A stretch of 64,000 nucleotides of DNA from Acidobacteriota bacterium. Lineage in GTDB: Bacteria > Actinomycetota > Acidimicrobiia > Acidimicrobiales > Palsa-688. Below the pieces are notes generated by a model. The model was given only the letters and a program-made list of their open reading frames with translations, was not told where the DNA came from and did not search any database. Numbering within the stretch: position 1 is the stretch's first letter; every line of letters begins with the position of its first letter. A program made the translations under genes and the position numbers. Of this stretch, positions 17,402 to 25,569 are shown in pieces. The stretch covers positions 16,921 through 80,920 of the forward strand of contig JAGWSF010000163.1 in the NCBI GenBank assembly GCA_028876385.1, given 5' to 3'.

Positions 17402-18976
17402 ATGGCCCAGCGCGCCGACCCCCGGCCGGTCGTGGAGGAGGGCTTGGTCGCCGGACTGCGCTGTCGGGCCTGCCGTTACCCGGCGCTGTCGGGCACCGCC
17501 CGCTGCGCCCGCTGCGGCGGTCCCACCGACCCCGAGCGGTTCGGTCCCCACGGGCGGGTGTGGTCCTCCACGGTGGTCCGGATCGGGGTCTCCGACCGGG
17601 TGCCCCCCTACGGCCTGGCCGTGGTCGACCTGCTCGACGGGCCGCGGCTGCTGGCCCACCTGATCGACCCGGAGCCGGTCCCTCCCGAGTCGTGGGTGGA
17701 AGTCGTCGGCACCACCGACCACGGCGACGTGCTGGTGGCCCCGGTCGACCGGGGCCGGGACTGGCCGGGCGGTCCGGCCGGGGACCGGCGCGAGAGGCCC
17801 GGCGAGGGGCGGCCCGGGGGCCGGGCACTGGCGCTGCCCACGGCGGATATCGGCGCCGGGGTCTTCGTGCAGGGAGTGGGCACGTCCATGTTCGGCCGCT
17901 TCCCGGGCCAGCCCCTGGAGGAACTGGCCTGGCAGGCCGTCACCGAGGCCCTCGAAGCGGCCTCGCTGGCCCCGGCCGAGATCGAGGCGGTGTGGGTCGG
18001 CTCGGTGTTCGCGCCCGGCGCCGTGACGCCCCGCATCCTGCGCGGCCTCGGCATAGGAGCGGTGCCGGTCATCCGGGTGGAGAACGCCTGCGCCAGCGGC
18101 ACCACCGCCTACCACGAGGCGGTGCACGCCGTCGGCTCCGGCCGCTACCGCCGGGTCCTGGCCCTCGGGGTGGAGCAGCTGTCCACCGCCTTCGACGGTC
18201 CCATCGTGCCTGATCTCACCGACCCCGAGGGGGCCGCCGGGCTGGCCCTGCCGGCGCTCTACGCCCTGCAGGCCAACCGCTACCTGTGGGCCCATCCGTC
18301 GGTGAGCATGGCCGAGGTGGCCCAGGTCGCGGTCAAGAACAAGGCCCACGGGGCGCAGAACCCCCGGGCCCAGCTGCACCAGGCGCCGAGCCTCGAGGAG
18401 GTCCTGGGGTCGCGGCCCATCGCCGACCCGCTCACCTTCCTGCAGTGCTGCCCGCTCGGCGACGGGGCCGCCGCCGCGGTGGTCTCCCTCGAAGGGGACG
18501 TGGCCGTGCGCTCCTCGGCGCTCACCTCGGGCGTGGCGTGGGACCACGATTGCGACGAGCTGTGGGGCGAGAGCTGCGTGGGGCGGGCGGCCGCCGCGGC
18601 GTTCGACGCCGCCGGGCTGGCCCCCTCCGACATGGACGTGCTGGAGGTCCACGACGCCTTCACCATCGGCGAGGTGTCCACCCTCGAGGCTCTCGGGGTG
18701 GCCGCCCCCGGCCAGGGGGCCCAGCTGGCTGCCTCCGGGCGGTCGGCGATCGAAGGCGCCCAACCGGTCAACACCAGCGGCGGCCTGTTGTCGCGGGGGC
18801 ACCCACTGGGCGCCACCGGCCTGGCCCAGATCGCCGAGATCGTGTGGCAGTTGCAGGGTCGCAGCGGACCCCGCCAGGTCCGCGGGGCCCGGCGGGGCCT
18901 GGTGGAGACCATGGGCGGCGGGGCCGCCGGGGTGGACGGCAACGCCTCGGTGGTCACCGTCCTCGAACGGGCCTGA
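17402..18976 (+). CDS. Fusion of a DUF35 OB-fold/Zn-ribbon domain with an SCP-x-type thiolase
   Basis: N-terminal CRACRYPALSGTARCARCGG zinc ribbon plus OB-fold. C-terminal thiolase with VENACASGTTAYHEA and GHPLGATG. Confidence 0.8.
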   Translation: MAQRADPRPVVEEGLVAGLRCRACRYPALSGTARCARCGGPTDPERFGPHGRVWSSTVVRIGVSDRVPPYGLAVVDLLDGPRLLAHLIDPEPVPPESWVEVVGTTDHGDVLVAPVDRGRDWPGGPAGDRRERPGEGRPGGRALALPTADIGAGVFVQGVGTSMFGRFPGQPLEELAWQAVTEALEAASLAPAEIEAVWVGSVFAPGAVTPRILRGLGIGAVPVIRVENACASGTTAYHEAVHAVGSGRYRRVLALGVEQLSTAFDGPIVPDLTDPEGAAGLALPALYALQANRYLWAHPSVSMAEVAQVAVKNKAHGAQNPRAQLHQAPSLEEVLGSRPIADPLTFLQCCPLGDGAAAAVVSLEGDVAVRSSALTSGVAWDHDCDELWGESCVGRAAAAAFDAAGLAPSDMDVLEVHDAFTIGEVSTLEALGVAAPGQGAQLAASGRSAIEGAQPVNTSGGLLSRGHPLGATGLAQIAEIVWQLQGRSGPRQVRGARRGLVETMGGGAAGVDGNASVVTVLERA

Positions 18977-19078
18977 CCCCGCGGCAGGGCGCCCGGCGAC
19001 CGGGCGGCGACGGCAGGGGCCCCCGGCGAGAGGGCGGCCCCGGCGAGAGGGCGGCCCCCCGGGGCCGGGAGCCGACGG

Positions 19079-20617
19079 TCAGTTGCCGGCGACCCGCCGG
19101 TCGCTACCCGCCCAGTAGGGCTCGCGCAGGACCTTACGCTGCAGTTTGCCGACGGGGCTCTTGGGCAGCGGCTCGGTGCGGAACTCCACCCGACCCGGCT
19201 TCTTGTAGGACCCGAGCCGAACCCGGCACTGCTCGACGACGGCCTCGGCGGTCACCTCGGCGCCCTGGTCGAGCACGCACACCGCCAGGGGGGTCTCACC
19301 CCAGCGACTGTCGGGCACCCCGAACACGGCCACCTCGATCACTCCCGGCAGGTCGAGGATCACGTTCTCGAGCTCCGCCGGCCAGATGTTGAAACCCCCG
19401 GAGATGATCATGTCGTCCTTGCGGTCGAGGACGTAGACGAAGCCGTTGCCGTCGACCTTCCCGATGTCGCCGGTCAGGACCCACCCGTCCACCAGCCGGG
19501 ACGAGGTCAGGGCCGGGTCGTCCCAGAAGCCGGCCATCTGCCCCTCGCAGCGGACGGCGATCTCACCCTCCTCCCCGACTCCGACGGCCCGGTTCTCGGC
19601 GTCGCGGATCTCGAGGTCGGCGAAGGGGAGGGGCCGCCCGGCCGACAGCAGCGGGTCCGAGCCGGGGACCGTGGAGAACCACTCGGACGGCCCCATCATG
19701 CAGATGGGCAGGGCCTCGGTCTGCCCGTAGCCCTGGTAGAGGACGTCACCGAAGACGTCGCGGGCGAGCAGCACCGTGTCGCGGGCGACGGGCGCCCCGC
19801 CCAGCTGGATGACCTTGAGGCTGGACCAGTCCCGCCCGGCCGCCCCCGGCCGGCGGACCAGGAGGTTGAGCATGGTGGGGACCATGAACACGTAGGCCGC
19901 CCGCTGCTGCTCCATCACCTCGAGGGCCCGGTCGGCGTCGAACTCCTCGAGCAGCACGTTGCGCCCCCCCGACAGCCACATCGGGGTGTAGAGGTAGCCC
20001 GAGCCGTGGGAGATGGGCCCGAGGTGGACGCAGGCGTCGCCGGGCGCGACCGGCGGGAAGTTGTAGAACCAGTCCCGGCCGGCGGCCAGCCAGGCCCGGT
20101 GGGTGTAGGCGACGCCCTTGGGCCGGCCGGTGGTGCCCCCCGAGTGGCGGATTATGAAGTAGTCGTCGGGATCCACGGCGGGGTCGGGGTCGTCGTCGGG
20201 GAACGAGGCCAACCACTTCTCGTAGCTCGCGTCCCTGACGATCACCCGCTCCAGGGCGGCCACCTCGTTCTCGATGCCCTGCACGGCGGCGAAGTGGGCC
20301 TCGCTCACCACCAGCGCCCGGCACCCGGTGTGCTCGAGCATGTGGCGGTGGGCTTCGGGCGAGTTGCGGGCGTAGAGAGGCACCCGCACCAGGCCGGCCG
20401 CGGCGGCGCCGGCGAAGACGTCCTGGGCGCCGACGCAATTGTCCTCGAGCACCCCGACCCGCTCGCCGGGGGACAGGCCCGACTCCAATAGGGCGTTGGC
20501 CAGGCGCAGACCCCGGCTCCACGCCTCGGCGTAGGTCAGGCTGCGCCCCTCGGAACAGACCGCTTCGGTGTCGCGGTAGAAGCCGGCGGCCCGGCGCATC
20601 AGGCTTCTCACGTCCAT
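19079..20617 (-). CDS. AMP-dependent acyl-CoA synthetase/ligase (FadD-like)
   Basis: IIRHSGGTTGRPKGV (AMP motif), YGQTE, GDIGKVDGNGFVYVLDRKDDMIISGGFNIWP. Confidence 0.9.
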   Translation of the reverse strand: MDVRSLMRRAAGFYRDTEAVCSEGRSLTYAEAWSRGLRLANALLESGLSPGERVGVLEDNCVGAQDVFAGAAAAGLVRVPLYARNSPEAHRHMLEHTGCRALVVSEAHFAAVQGIENEVAALERVIVRDASYEKWLASFPDDDPDPAVDPDDYFIIRHSGGTTGRPKGVAYTHRAWLAAGRDWFYNFPPVAPGDACVHLGPISHGSGYLYTPMWLSGGRNVLLEEFDADRALEVMEQQRAAYVFMVPTMLNLLVRRPGAAGRDWSSLKVIQLGGAPVARDTVLLARDVFGDVLYQGYGQTEALPICMMGPSEWFSTVPGSDPLLSAGRPLPFADLEIRDAENRAVGVGEEGEIAVRCEGQMAGFWDDPALTSSRLVDGWVLTGDIGKVDGNGFVYVLDRKDDMIISGGFNIWPAELENVILDLPGVIEVAVFGVPDSRWGETPLAVCVLDQGAEVTAEAVVEQCRVRLGSYKKPGRVEFRTEPLPKSPVGKLQRKVLREPYWAGSDRRVAGN

Positions 20618-21918
20618 CGGTCGGCGCCTCCCGCTTGGGGCCCGACGGCCCGATGCCGATCGGGGCCGGGTGACCCGAGGATGACCGGCAACTCGAGGAG
20701 GCTGCGGCTGATGAGGGCCGGCCGCCAGGGCAGGCTCCCATAGGGCTGGGCCAGGGAAATCTCCGGGTAGCGGCGGAGCAGGCCGCGAAGGGCGATGCGG
20801 GTCTCCACCCGGGCGAGGGTGGCTCCCAGACAGAAGTGGGCGCCGAAACCGAACCCCAGGTGGGGGTTGGGGTCGCGCCGCAGGTCAAGGACGTCGGGGG
20901 ACTCGAACTGCTCGGGGTCGCGGTTGGCGGCGATGACGGCCAGGAAGACCCGCTGGCCCGCTTCGATGCGCCGGCCCCGCCACTCCACCGGTGCGGCGGC
21001 GTGACGGACCTCCACTTTGGCCGGGCCCTCGAAGCGCAGCATCTCCTCCACCGCCGTGGCCGCCCCGGGCCCGGTCATCACCTCGGCCAGATCCCACGAG
21101 GCGGCCAGGGCGGCGGCCACACCGTTGGCGATCAGCGTCCGGGTGGTCTCGTGGCCACCGAAGAGCAGCAGCGTGCAGGTGGAGATCAGCTCCTCGGTGC
21201 TCAGCCGGTCGCCCTCGTCGTGGGCTTGGACCAGCGAGCCGAGGACGTTGTCGGCGGGGTGGCGGCGGGCCGACTCGATCAGGCCCCGGCAGTAGTCGGC
21301 CAGGGCCCGCAGGGCCTTCTGGCCCCGCTCCCGGCGGTCCGCCACCTCGGTGGCCCCGAACACCAGGTCGGTGAGCTCGTCGGACCAGTGCCGGAACTGT
21401 TCCTGGTCGCCTTCGGGGACGCCGAGCATGTGGGCGATGACGATGGCCGGCAACGGCCCGGCGAAAGTGGAGGTGAGATCCACCGCCTGGCCGGACCGGG
21501 CGTGGGCGCCGAGGTCGTCGAGGAGCCCTTCGACGGTGGCCTCGATGACCGGTTCGAGCCGGGCGATGGCCCGGGGGCGGAACGCGGTGGACACCAGCCG
21601 ACGCAGCCGGGGGTGGTCGGGCGGGTCCTTGAAGACCATCCAGTTGGCCAGCACCTCGGCCACGGGGTCCACCGGGCCGTCGCCGTCGTCGTCGGGATGG
21701 GCCCTCGCCGGCGTGACCCGCTCGGCGGACATCCGGGGGTCCTTGAAGCCGGCCAGGACGTCGTCGTAGCGGGTGAGCAGCCACGCCCGGTGCCGTTCAC
21801 TCCAGTGGACCGGGTCGTCGCGCCGCAGCCGGGCCAGCAGCGGGTGGGGGTCGGCGACGACCTCGGGAGCGAACAGGTCCGTCGCCGCTGGGGTGGATAC
21901 CGCCGGGCGGGCCGTCAA
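20608..21918 (-). CDS. Cytochrome P450
   Basis: FGFGAHFCLGATLAR heme-Cys loop, EMLRFE (ExxR) and LLLFGGHETT I-helix. Start set at TTG 21918, a TTGA overlap with the crotonase stop. The ORF-track N-terminal extension to 22677 overlaps the crotonase gene. Confidence 0.85.
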   Translation of the reverse strand: MTARPAVSTPAATDLFAPEVVADPHPLLARLRRDDPVHWSERHRAWLLTRYDDVLAGFKDPRMSAERVTPARAHPDDDGDGPVDPVAEVLANWMVFKDPPDHPRLRRLVSTAFRPRAIARLEPVIEATVEGLLDDLGAHARSGQAVDLTSTFAGPLPAIVIAHMLGVPEGDQEQFRHWSDELTDLVFGATEVADRRERGQKALRALADYCRGLIESARRHPADNVLGSLVQAHDEGDRLSTEELISTCTLLLFGGHETTRTLIANGVAAALAASWDLAEVMTGPGAATAVEEMLRFEGPAKVEVRHAAAPVEWRGRRIEAGQRVFLAVIAANRDPEQFESPDVLDLRRDPNPHLGFGFGAHFCLGATLARVETRIALRGLLRRYPEISLAQPYGSLPWRPALISRSLLELPVILGSPGPDRHRAVGPQAGGADRWT

Positions 21919-22721
21919 GGCAGCGGGCTCGGGTCCTTGGCGGGTGGGTCTCCCTCGGCCTGGCGGGCCAGCCAGCGGCGCATGGTGTCGGCCGTGGTGG
22001 GCAGAGCCACCGCGGCGAGGAAGTTGCGGCCCTCGACCCGGAAGCCCTCGGAGGTGGTGCGCCGGGCGGCGAGGAGGGCCTGTTTGGCCGCGGCCAGGAC
22101 CGCCGGGCCGCGCCCGGCGAGCCGCTCGGCGAGGTCCAGCGCGCTCTGCTGCGGGTCGTCGGAGAGCAGCTGGGCCAGGCCTATGCGGTGGGCCTCCACG
22201 CCGGAGATGGTCTCCCCCGAGAAGCACAGAAGGCTGGCCCAACCGTGTCCGACCAGGGCGGGCAGCCGTTGGGTCCCACCCGCTCCCGGTATGAGACCCA
22301 TCTGCGCCTCCATGACCCCGAGCCGGGCGTGGGGGGCGACGATCCGGATGTCGGCGGCCAGGGTCAGCTCGAGGCCGCCGCACGACGCCTGGTCGTCGAT
22401 GGCGACGATGGTCGCCGAGGGGTAGGACTCCAGGCCGCTGATGGCGGCCAGCCAGGGGGCCCAGTCGGCGATGGGCCGCCCGGCGGCCATCTCGAGCACC
22501 TCGCTCAGCTCGGCGTGCAGGATCGACACGTCGAGGACCAGCACCGGCGGGTCGGGCCGCGCCGCGCGGGCCTCGAGGAGCGACGCCAGCTGCGCCGCGC
22601 CGGAGATACCCATGGTCCGCCGCCGTCCTCCCTCGAAGCGGATCACCGTCACCGCGTCGTCGCGGGTCACCACCCACGGTTGGTCGACGGCGCCGGCCTC
22701 CACCTCGGAGGTGGCGGACAT
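21915..22721 (-). CDS. Enoyl-CoA hydratase/isomerase (crotonase) family protein
   Basis: CGGLELTLAADIRIV..MEAQMGLIPGAGGTQRLP. Confidence 0.85.
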   Translation of the reverse strand: MSATSEVEAGAVDQPWVVTRDDAVTVIRFEGGRRRTMGISGAAQLASLLEARAARPDPPVLVLDVSILHAELSEVLEMAAGRPIADWAPWLAAISGLESYPSATIVAIDDQASCGGLELTLAADIRIVAPHARLGVMEAQMGLIPGAGGTQRLPALVGHGWASLLCFSGETISGVEAHRIGLAQLLSDDPQQSALDLAERLAGRGPAVLAAAKQALLAARRTTSEGFRVEGRNFLAAVALPTTADTMRRWLARQAEGDPPAKDPSPLP

Positions 22722-22740
22722 GTGCCGCTCCTCGCGCCGG

Positions 22741-23283
22741 CTAGCCGACCCGCGACTTGAACAGGTCGGCGGCGAGCGAACCCGAGAAGTCGTATTTGAA
22801 GGAGTCCCCGCTGACGGTGCCGTCGGCGTGGACGATGTGGGTCAGGGGACCGGCGATTTCGATGAAGTCCTGGACGGTCAGCTGGGAGATGACGTCGCTG
22901 GCCGGGTCGGGGCCCTCGTGGTTCTCGAGCAGGACGTTGCTGTCGCTCTCGAAGATCCCTCTCGACTGGAAGCCGGACACGCTGTAGGGGGTGTGGAAGC
23001 TTCCCGCCGCCTCATAGGAGAACATGCCCTGCTCCACCATGTTCTCCCCCTCCCGGTAGCCGAACTCGCCCTCCACGGTGAACGACATGGCCCGGCAGAT
23101 GTGGAAATGCGAGGGGAAGTCCGGAGCGCCCTTGTCCATCTTGAAGGCGTAGGCCACGGTGTTGGTCGGAACGTGGATGGTGAGCGCCTTGAAGTAGGAG
23201 CCGGGCGCCACCTCCACCCATTCCATTTCCTGCTCCTGGATGTCGGCGGTCACAGACTCCATGTTGGACAGCCCGAGCGGCAT
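22741..23283 (-). CDS. Cupin-domain protein
   Basis: The spacing of PSHFHICRAMSFTVEGEF...GSFHTP resembles cupin metal motifs. It is the first gene of the cupin-crotonase-P450-ligase operon (19-bp gap to the next gene). Confidence 0.55.
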   Translation of the reverse strand: MPLGLSNMESVTADIQEQEMEWVEVAPGSYFKALTIHVPTNTVAYAFKMDKGAPDFPSHFHICRAMSFTVEGEFGYREGENMVEQGMFSYEAAGSFHTPYSVSGFQSRGIFESDSNVLLENHEGPDPASDVISQLTVQDFIEIAGPLTHIVHADGTVSGDSFKYDFSGSLAADLFKSRVG

Positions 23284-23658
23284 GCGATCTTCCCCCTGTT
23301 GACCCTCAGCAGTGTTCCCACTGCCTCGCCGACATCAGTGCCGACGATGGAAGAACCGTAACAGTAGATTCGGTCGGGCTCAAGGGGCCAAGAGGCGGTC
23401 GTCGCCCGGCCAAAGGCCCTTGGGTTTCCGAACGAGCAGTTTCCTACCTCGGTCGCCGCCGGGCTCACGGGGAGTCGGCCGGGGGCCGCGTCGTGCTCGA
23501 CGGCGCCGTCGACCGGCGCCGTCTACCGGCGCCGTCGGACCCCCACCGCGCCCGGCGCGACCAGTTAGCGTGGGCGGCGCCGATGGCGTGCATGGCCACT
23601 CGGGGAGGTCGGCTCGTCAGCTGGCCCTCGAACCACTGACACCGGGGACGAAGAGCTA

Positions 23659-24432
23659 GTGACGCAAGATCTGGATCCTTTGTCGTCGTTCCGACTCGAC
23701 GGGCGGGTCGCACTCGTGACCGGCGCGTCGAGCGGACTCGGCGCCCGCTTCGCCGCCGTCCTCACCGCCGCCGGGGCGAGGGTGGCGCTGGTCGCCCGGC
23801 GGGCTGACCGCCTGAAGAAACTGGCCGCGGAGCTGCCCGGATCGGTGGCGGTGGTCGCCGACATCTCGGTCCCTGCGGATGTGATCCGCATGGTGGACGA
23901 GACCCTCGACCAGCTCGGCCGGGTCGACGTGCTGGTGAACAACGCCGGCACCGGAGATGTCAGCCCGGCCGAGACCCAACCTCTCGAGGACTTCGTGCGC
24001 ACCATCGAGGTCAACCTGATCGGCGCCTACCACGCCTCGCAAGTGGTGGGCCGGCACATGCTCGAGCGGGGTTCGGGCTCCATCATCAACGTGGCGTCGG
24101 TGTTGGGGTTCGTCAGCGGCAGTCCCATTCCCCAGCCGGGATACGCGGCCAGCAAGAGCGCCCTGGTGAACCTGTCGCGTGAGCTGGCCGCCCAGTGGGG
24201 CCGGAGGGGGGTGCGGGTAAACGCGCTGTGCCCGGGCTGGTTCCGGACCGAGATGACCGACCAGATGTTCGCCACCGAGGAGGGGTTGCGGTGGATCGAC
24301 CGGCGCACGGCGCTGGGCCGCGGCGGCGCCGACGGGGAGCTCGACGGCGCCCTGCTGTGGCTGGCCAGTGACGCCAGCTCCTACGTGACGGGCAGTTCGA
24401 TCGTCGTCGACGGTGGCTACCTGGCGCTGTGA
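23659..24432 (+). CDS. Short-chain dehydrogenase/reductase (SDR)
   Basis: GTG start. VALVTGASSGLG, NNAG, YAASK. Confidence 0.9.
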   Translation: MTQDLDPLSSFRLDGRVALVTGASSGLGARFAAVLTAAGARVALVARRADRLKKLAAELPGSVAVVADISVPADVIRMVDETLDQLGRVDVLVNNAGTGDVSPAETQPLEDFVRTIEVNLIGAYHASQVVGRHMLERGSGSIINVASVLGFVSGSPIPQPGYAASKSALVNLSRELAAQWGRRGVRVNALCPGWFRTEMTDQMFATEEGLRWIDRRTALGRGGADGELDGALLWLASDASSYVTGSSIVVDGGYLAL

Positions 24433-24617
24433 GCAGGGACAGGTCCGTCGGGTCCGACGCCCCGGGACGAACGCCCACTCACGGCTCTGTCTTCGCCGCT
24501 CGTTCATCCCCGCGACACCCGGGGGTCACCACCCGCCCGCCAGGACGATGAGGGCTGTGACGCAAGGCTCCCGGGGCGCCTCCGAACAGTCCGTGTAGGG
24601 CCCCTAGGCTGGCCGCC

Positions 24618-25436
24618 GTGAGCGAGCAGAAGGGCCACTCGGACGGGGACGAGCCGGGCGATGACGACGCCGAGGCAGGCGACGACTACGGCGACGCAGG
24701 CGACGACAGCGACGACAGCGGCGACTACGAGACAGACGACGACTACGACGGATCGGGGGGACGGTCGCGCCGCAAGATGGCCGCTCTCGTCGCGGCCGTG
24801 GTGGTGCTCGTCGGCCTCGGCGTGGGGCTGGGTCTCGGTCTGAGCGGAGGTTCAGCGGCCGCCGCCAGCGGTCCCGAGGGGGTCCCCGTCCAGAACGTGC
24901 CCGACCTGGCCTCGGCCGACACCACCCTGGCAGGGACCCCGGTGGACGGCATGACCTGCCGGCGGAACATGGCGGCCACCGACCCCTACCACGTCCACGT
25001 GCACGTCAGCATCTTCGTCAACGGCCAGCAGGAGCGGCTTCCCGCCGGAGCCGGCATCGTCCCCCCGCGGGCGTCGGTCCAGGTCCCCGGCGGCACCTTC
25101 GTCGACGCCGGCAGCAGCGACTGCCTCTACTGGCTGCACGTCCACGCCGACGACGGCATCATCCACGTCGAAGCCCCCCAGCAGGAGAATTTCGTCCTCG
25201 GCCAGTTCTTCGACATCTGGGGACAGCCGCTCGGGCCCGATCAGGTCGGCCCCGCCCGCGGGCCGGTGGTGGCCTTCGATAACGGCAAGCAGTTCACCGG
25301 CAACCCCCGCGACATTCCCCTCACCTCGCAGTCGGTCATCCAACTCGACGTCGGGACCCCGGTCGTGGCCTTCCGACCCATGACTTTCAAAGTGATCGGT
25401 CTGTGCTCGACCAGCTGTTCGGCCCTGCCCGGCTGA
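24618..25436 (+). CDS. Membrane-anchored protein: poly-acidic N-terminus, one TM helix, His-motif extracytoplasmic domain (function unknown)
   Basis: D/E/G-rich first 45 aa, TM MAALVAAVVVLVGLGVGLGLGL, then YHVHVHVSIFVNGQQ...CLYWLHVHADDGIIHVE...GQFFDIWGQPL. High GC3 in this frame. Confidence 0.6.
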   Translation: MSEQKGHSDGDEPGDDDAEAGDDYGDAGDDSDDSGDYETDDDYDGSGGRSRRKMAALVAAVVVLVGLGVGLGLGLSGGSAAAASGPEGVPVQNVPDLASADTTLAGTPVDGMTCRRNMAATDPYHVHVHVSIFVNGQQERLPAGAGIVPPRASVQVPGGTFVDAGSSDCLYWLHVHADDGIIHVEAPQQENFVLGQFFDIWGQPLGPDQVGPARGPVVAFDNGKQFTGNPRDIPLTSQSVIQLDVGTPVVAFRPMTFKVIGLCSTSCSALPG

Positions 25437-25493
25437 CCGCCCGCACCAATCCGGACGGGCCCACAGCGACCCCTACCGGCCCGCGTCGCCCAC

Positions 25494-25516
25494 ATCAATC
25501 GGACCGGTCGATTGAT
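25494..25516. promoter_or_regulatory. 8-bp-arm inverted repeat ATCAATCG-N7-CGATTGAT, 54 bp upstream of the ART gene
   Basis: atcaatcg gaccggt cgattgat seen directly. The spacer itself contains the palindrome ACCGGT. Confidence 0.3.
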
Positions 25517-25569
25517 TGGTATGGTCTGGTCGACACTTCCGAGTAGCTGGAGTGAAAGGGGTCGGTCAT

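Noticed and set aside
23284-23658. 375-bp divergent spacer with 3 x 12-bp cggcgccgtc.ac repeats (about 23500..23540) and ORFs 23312..23659 and 23250..23468 as possible small genes.
   Set aside because: The ORFs are Arg-rich shadow frames without motifs. The repeat is short and degenerate. It is probably just promoter DNA for the cupin operon and the SDR gene.
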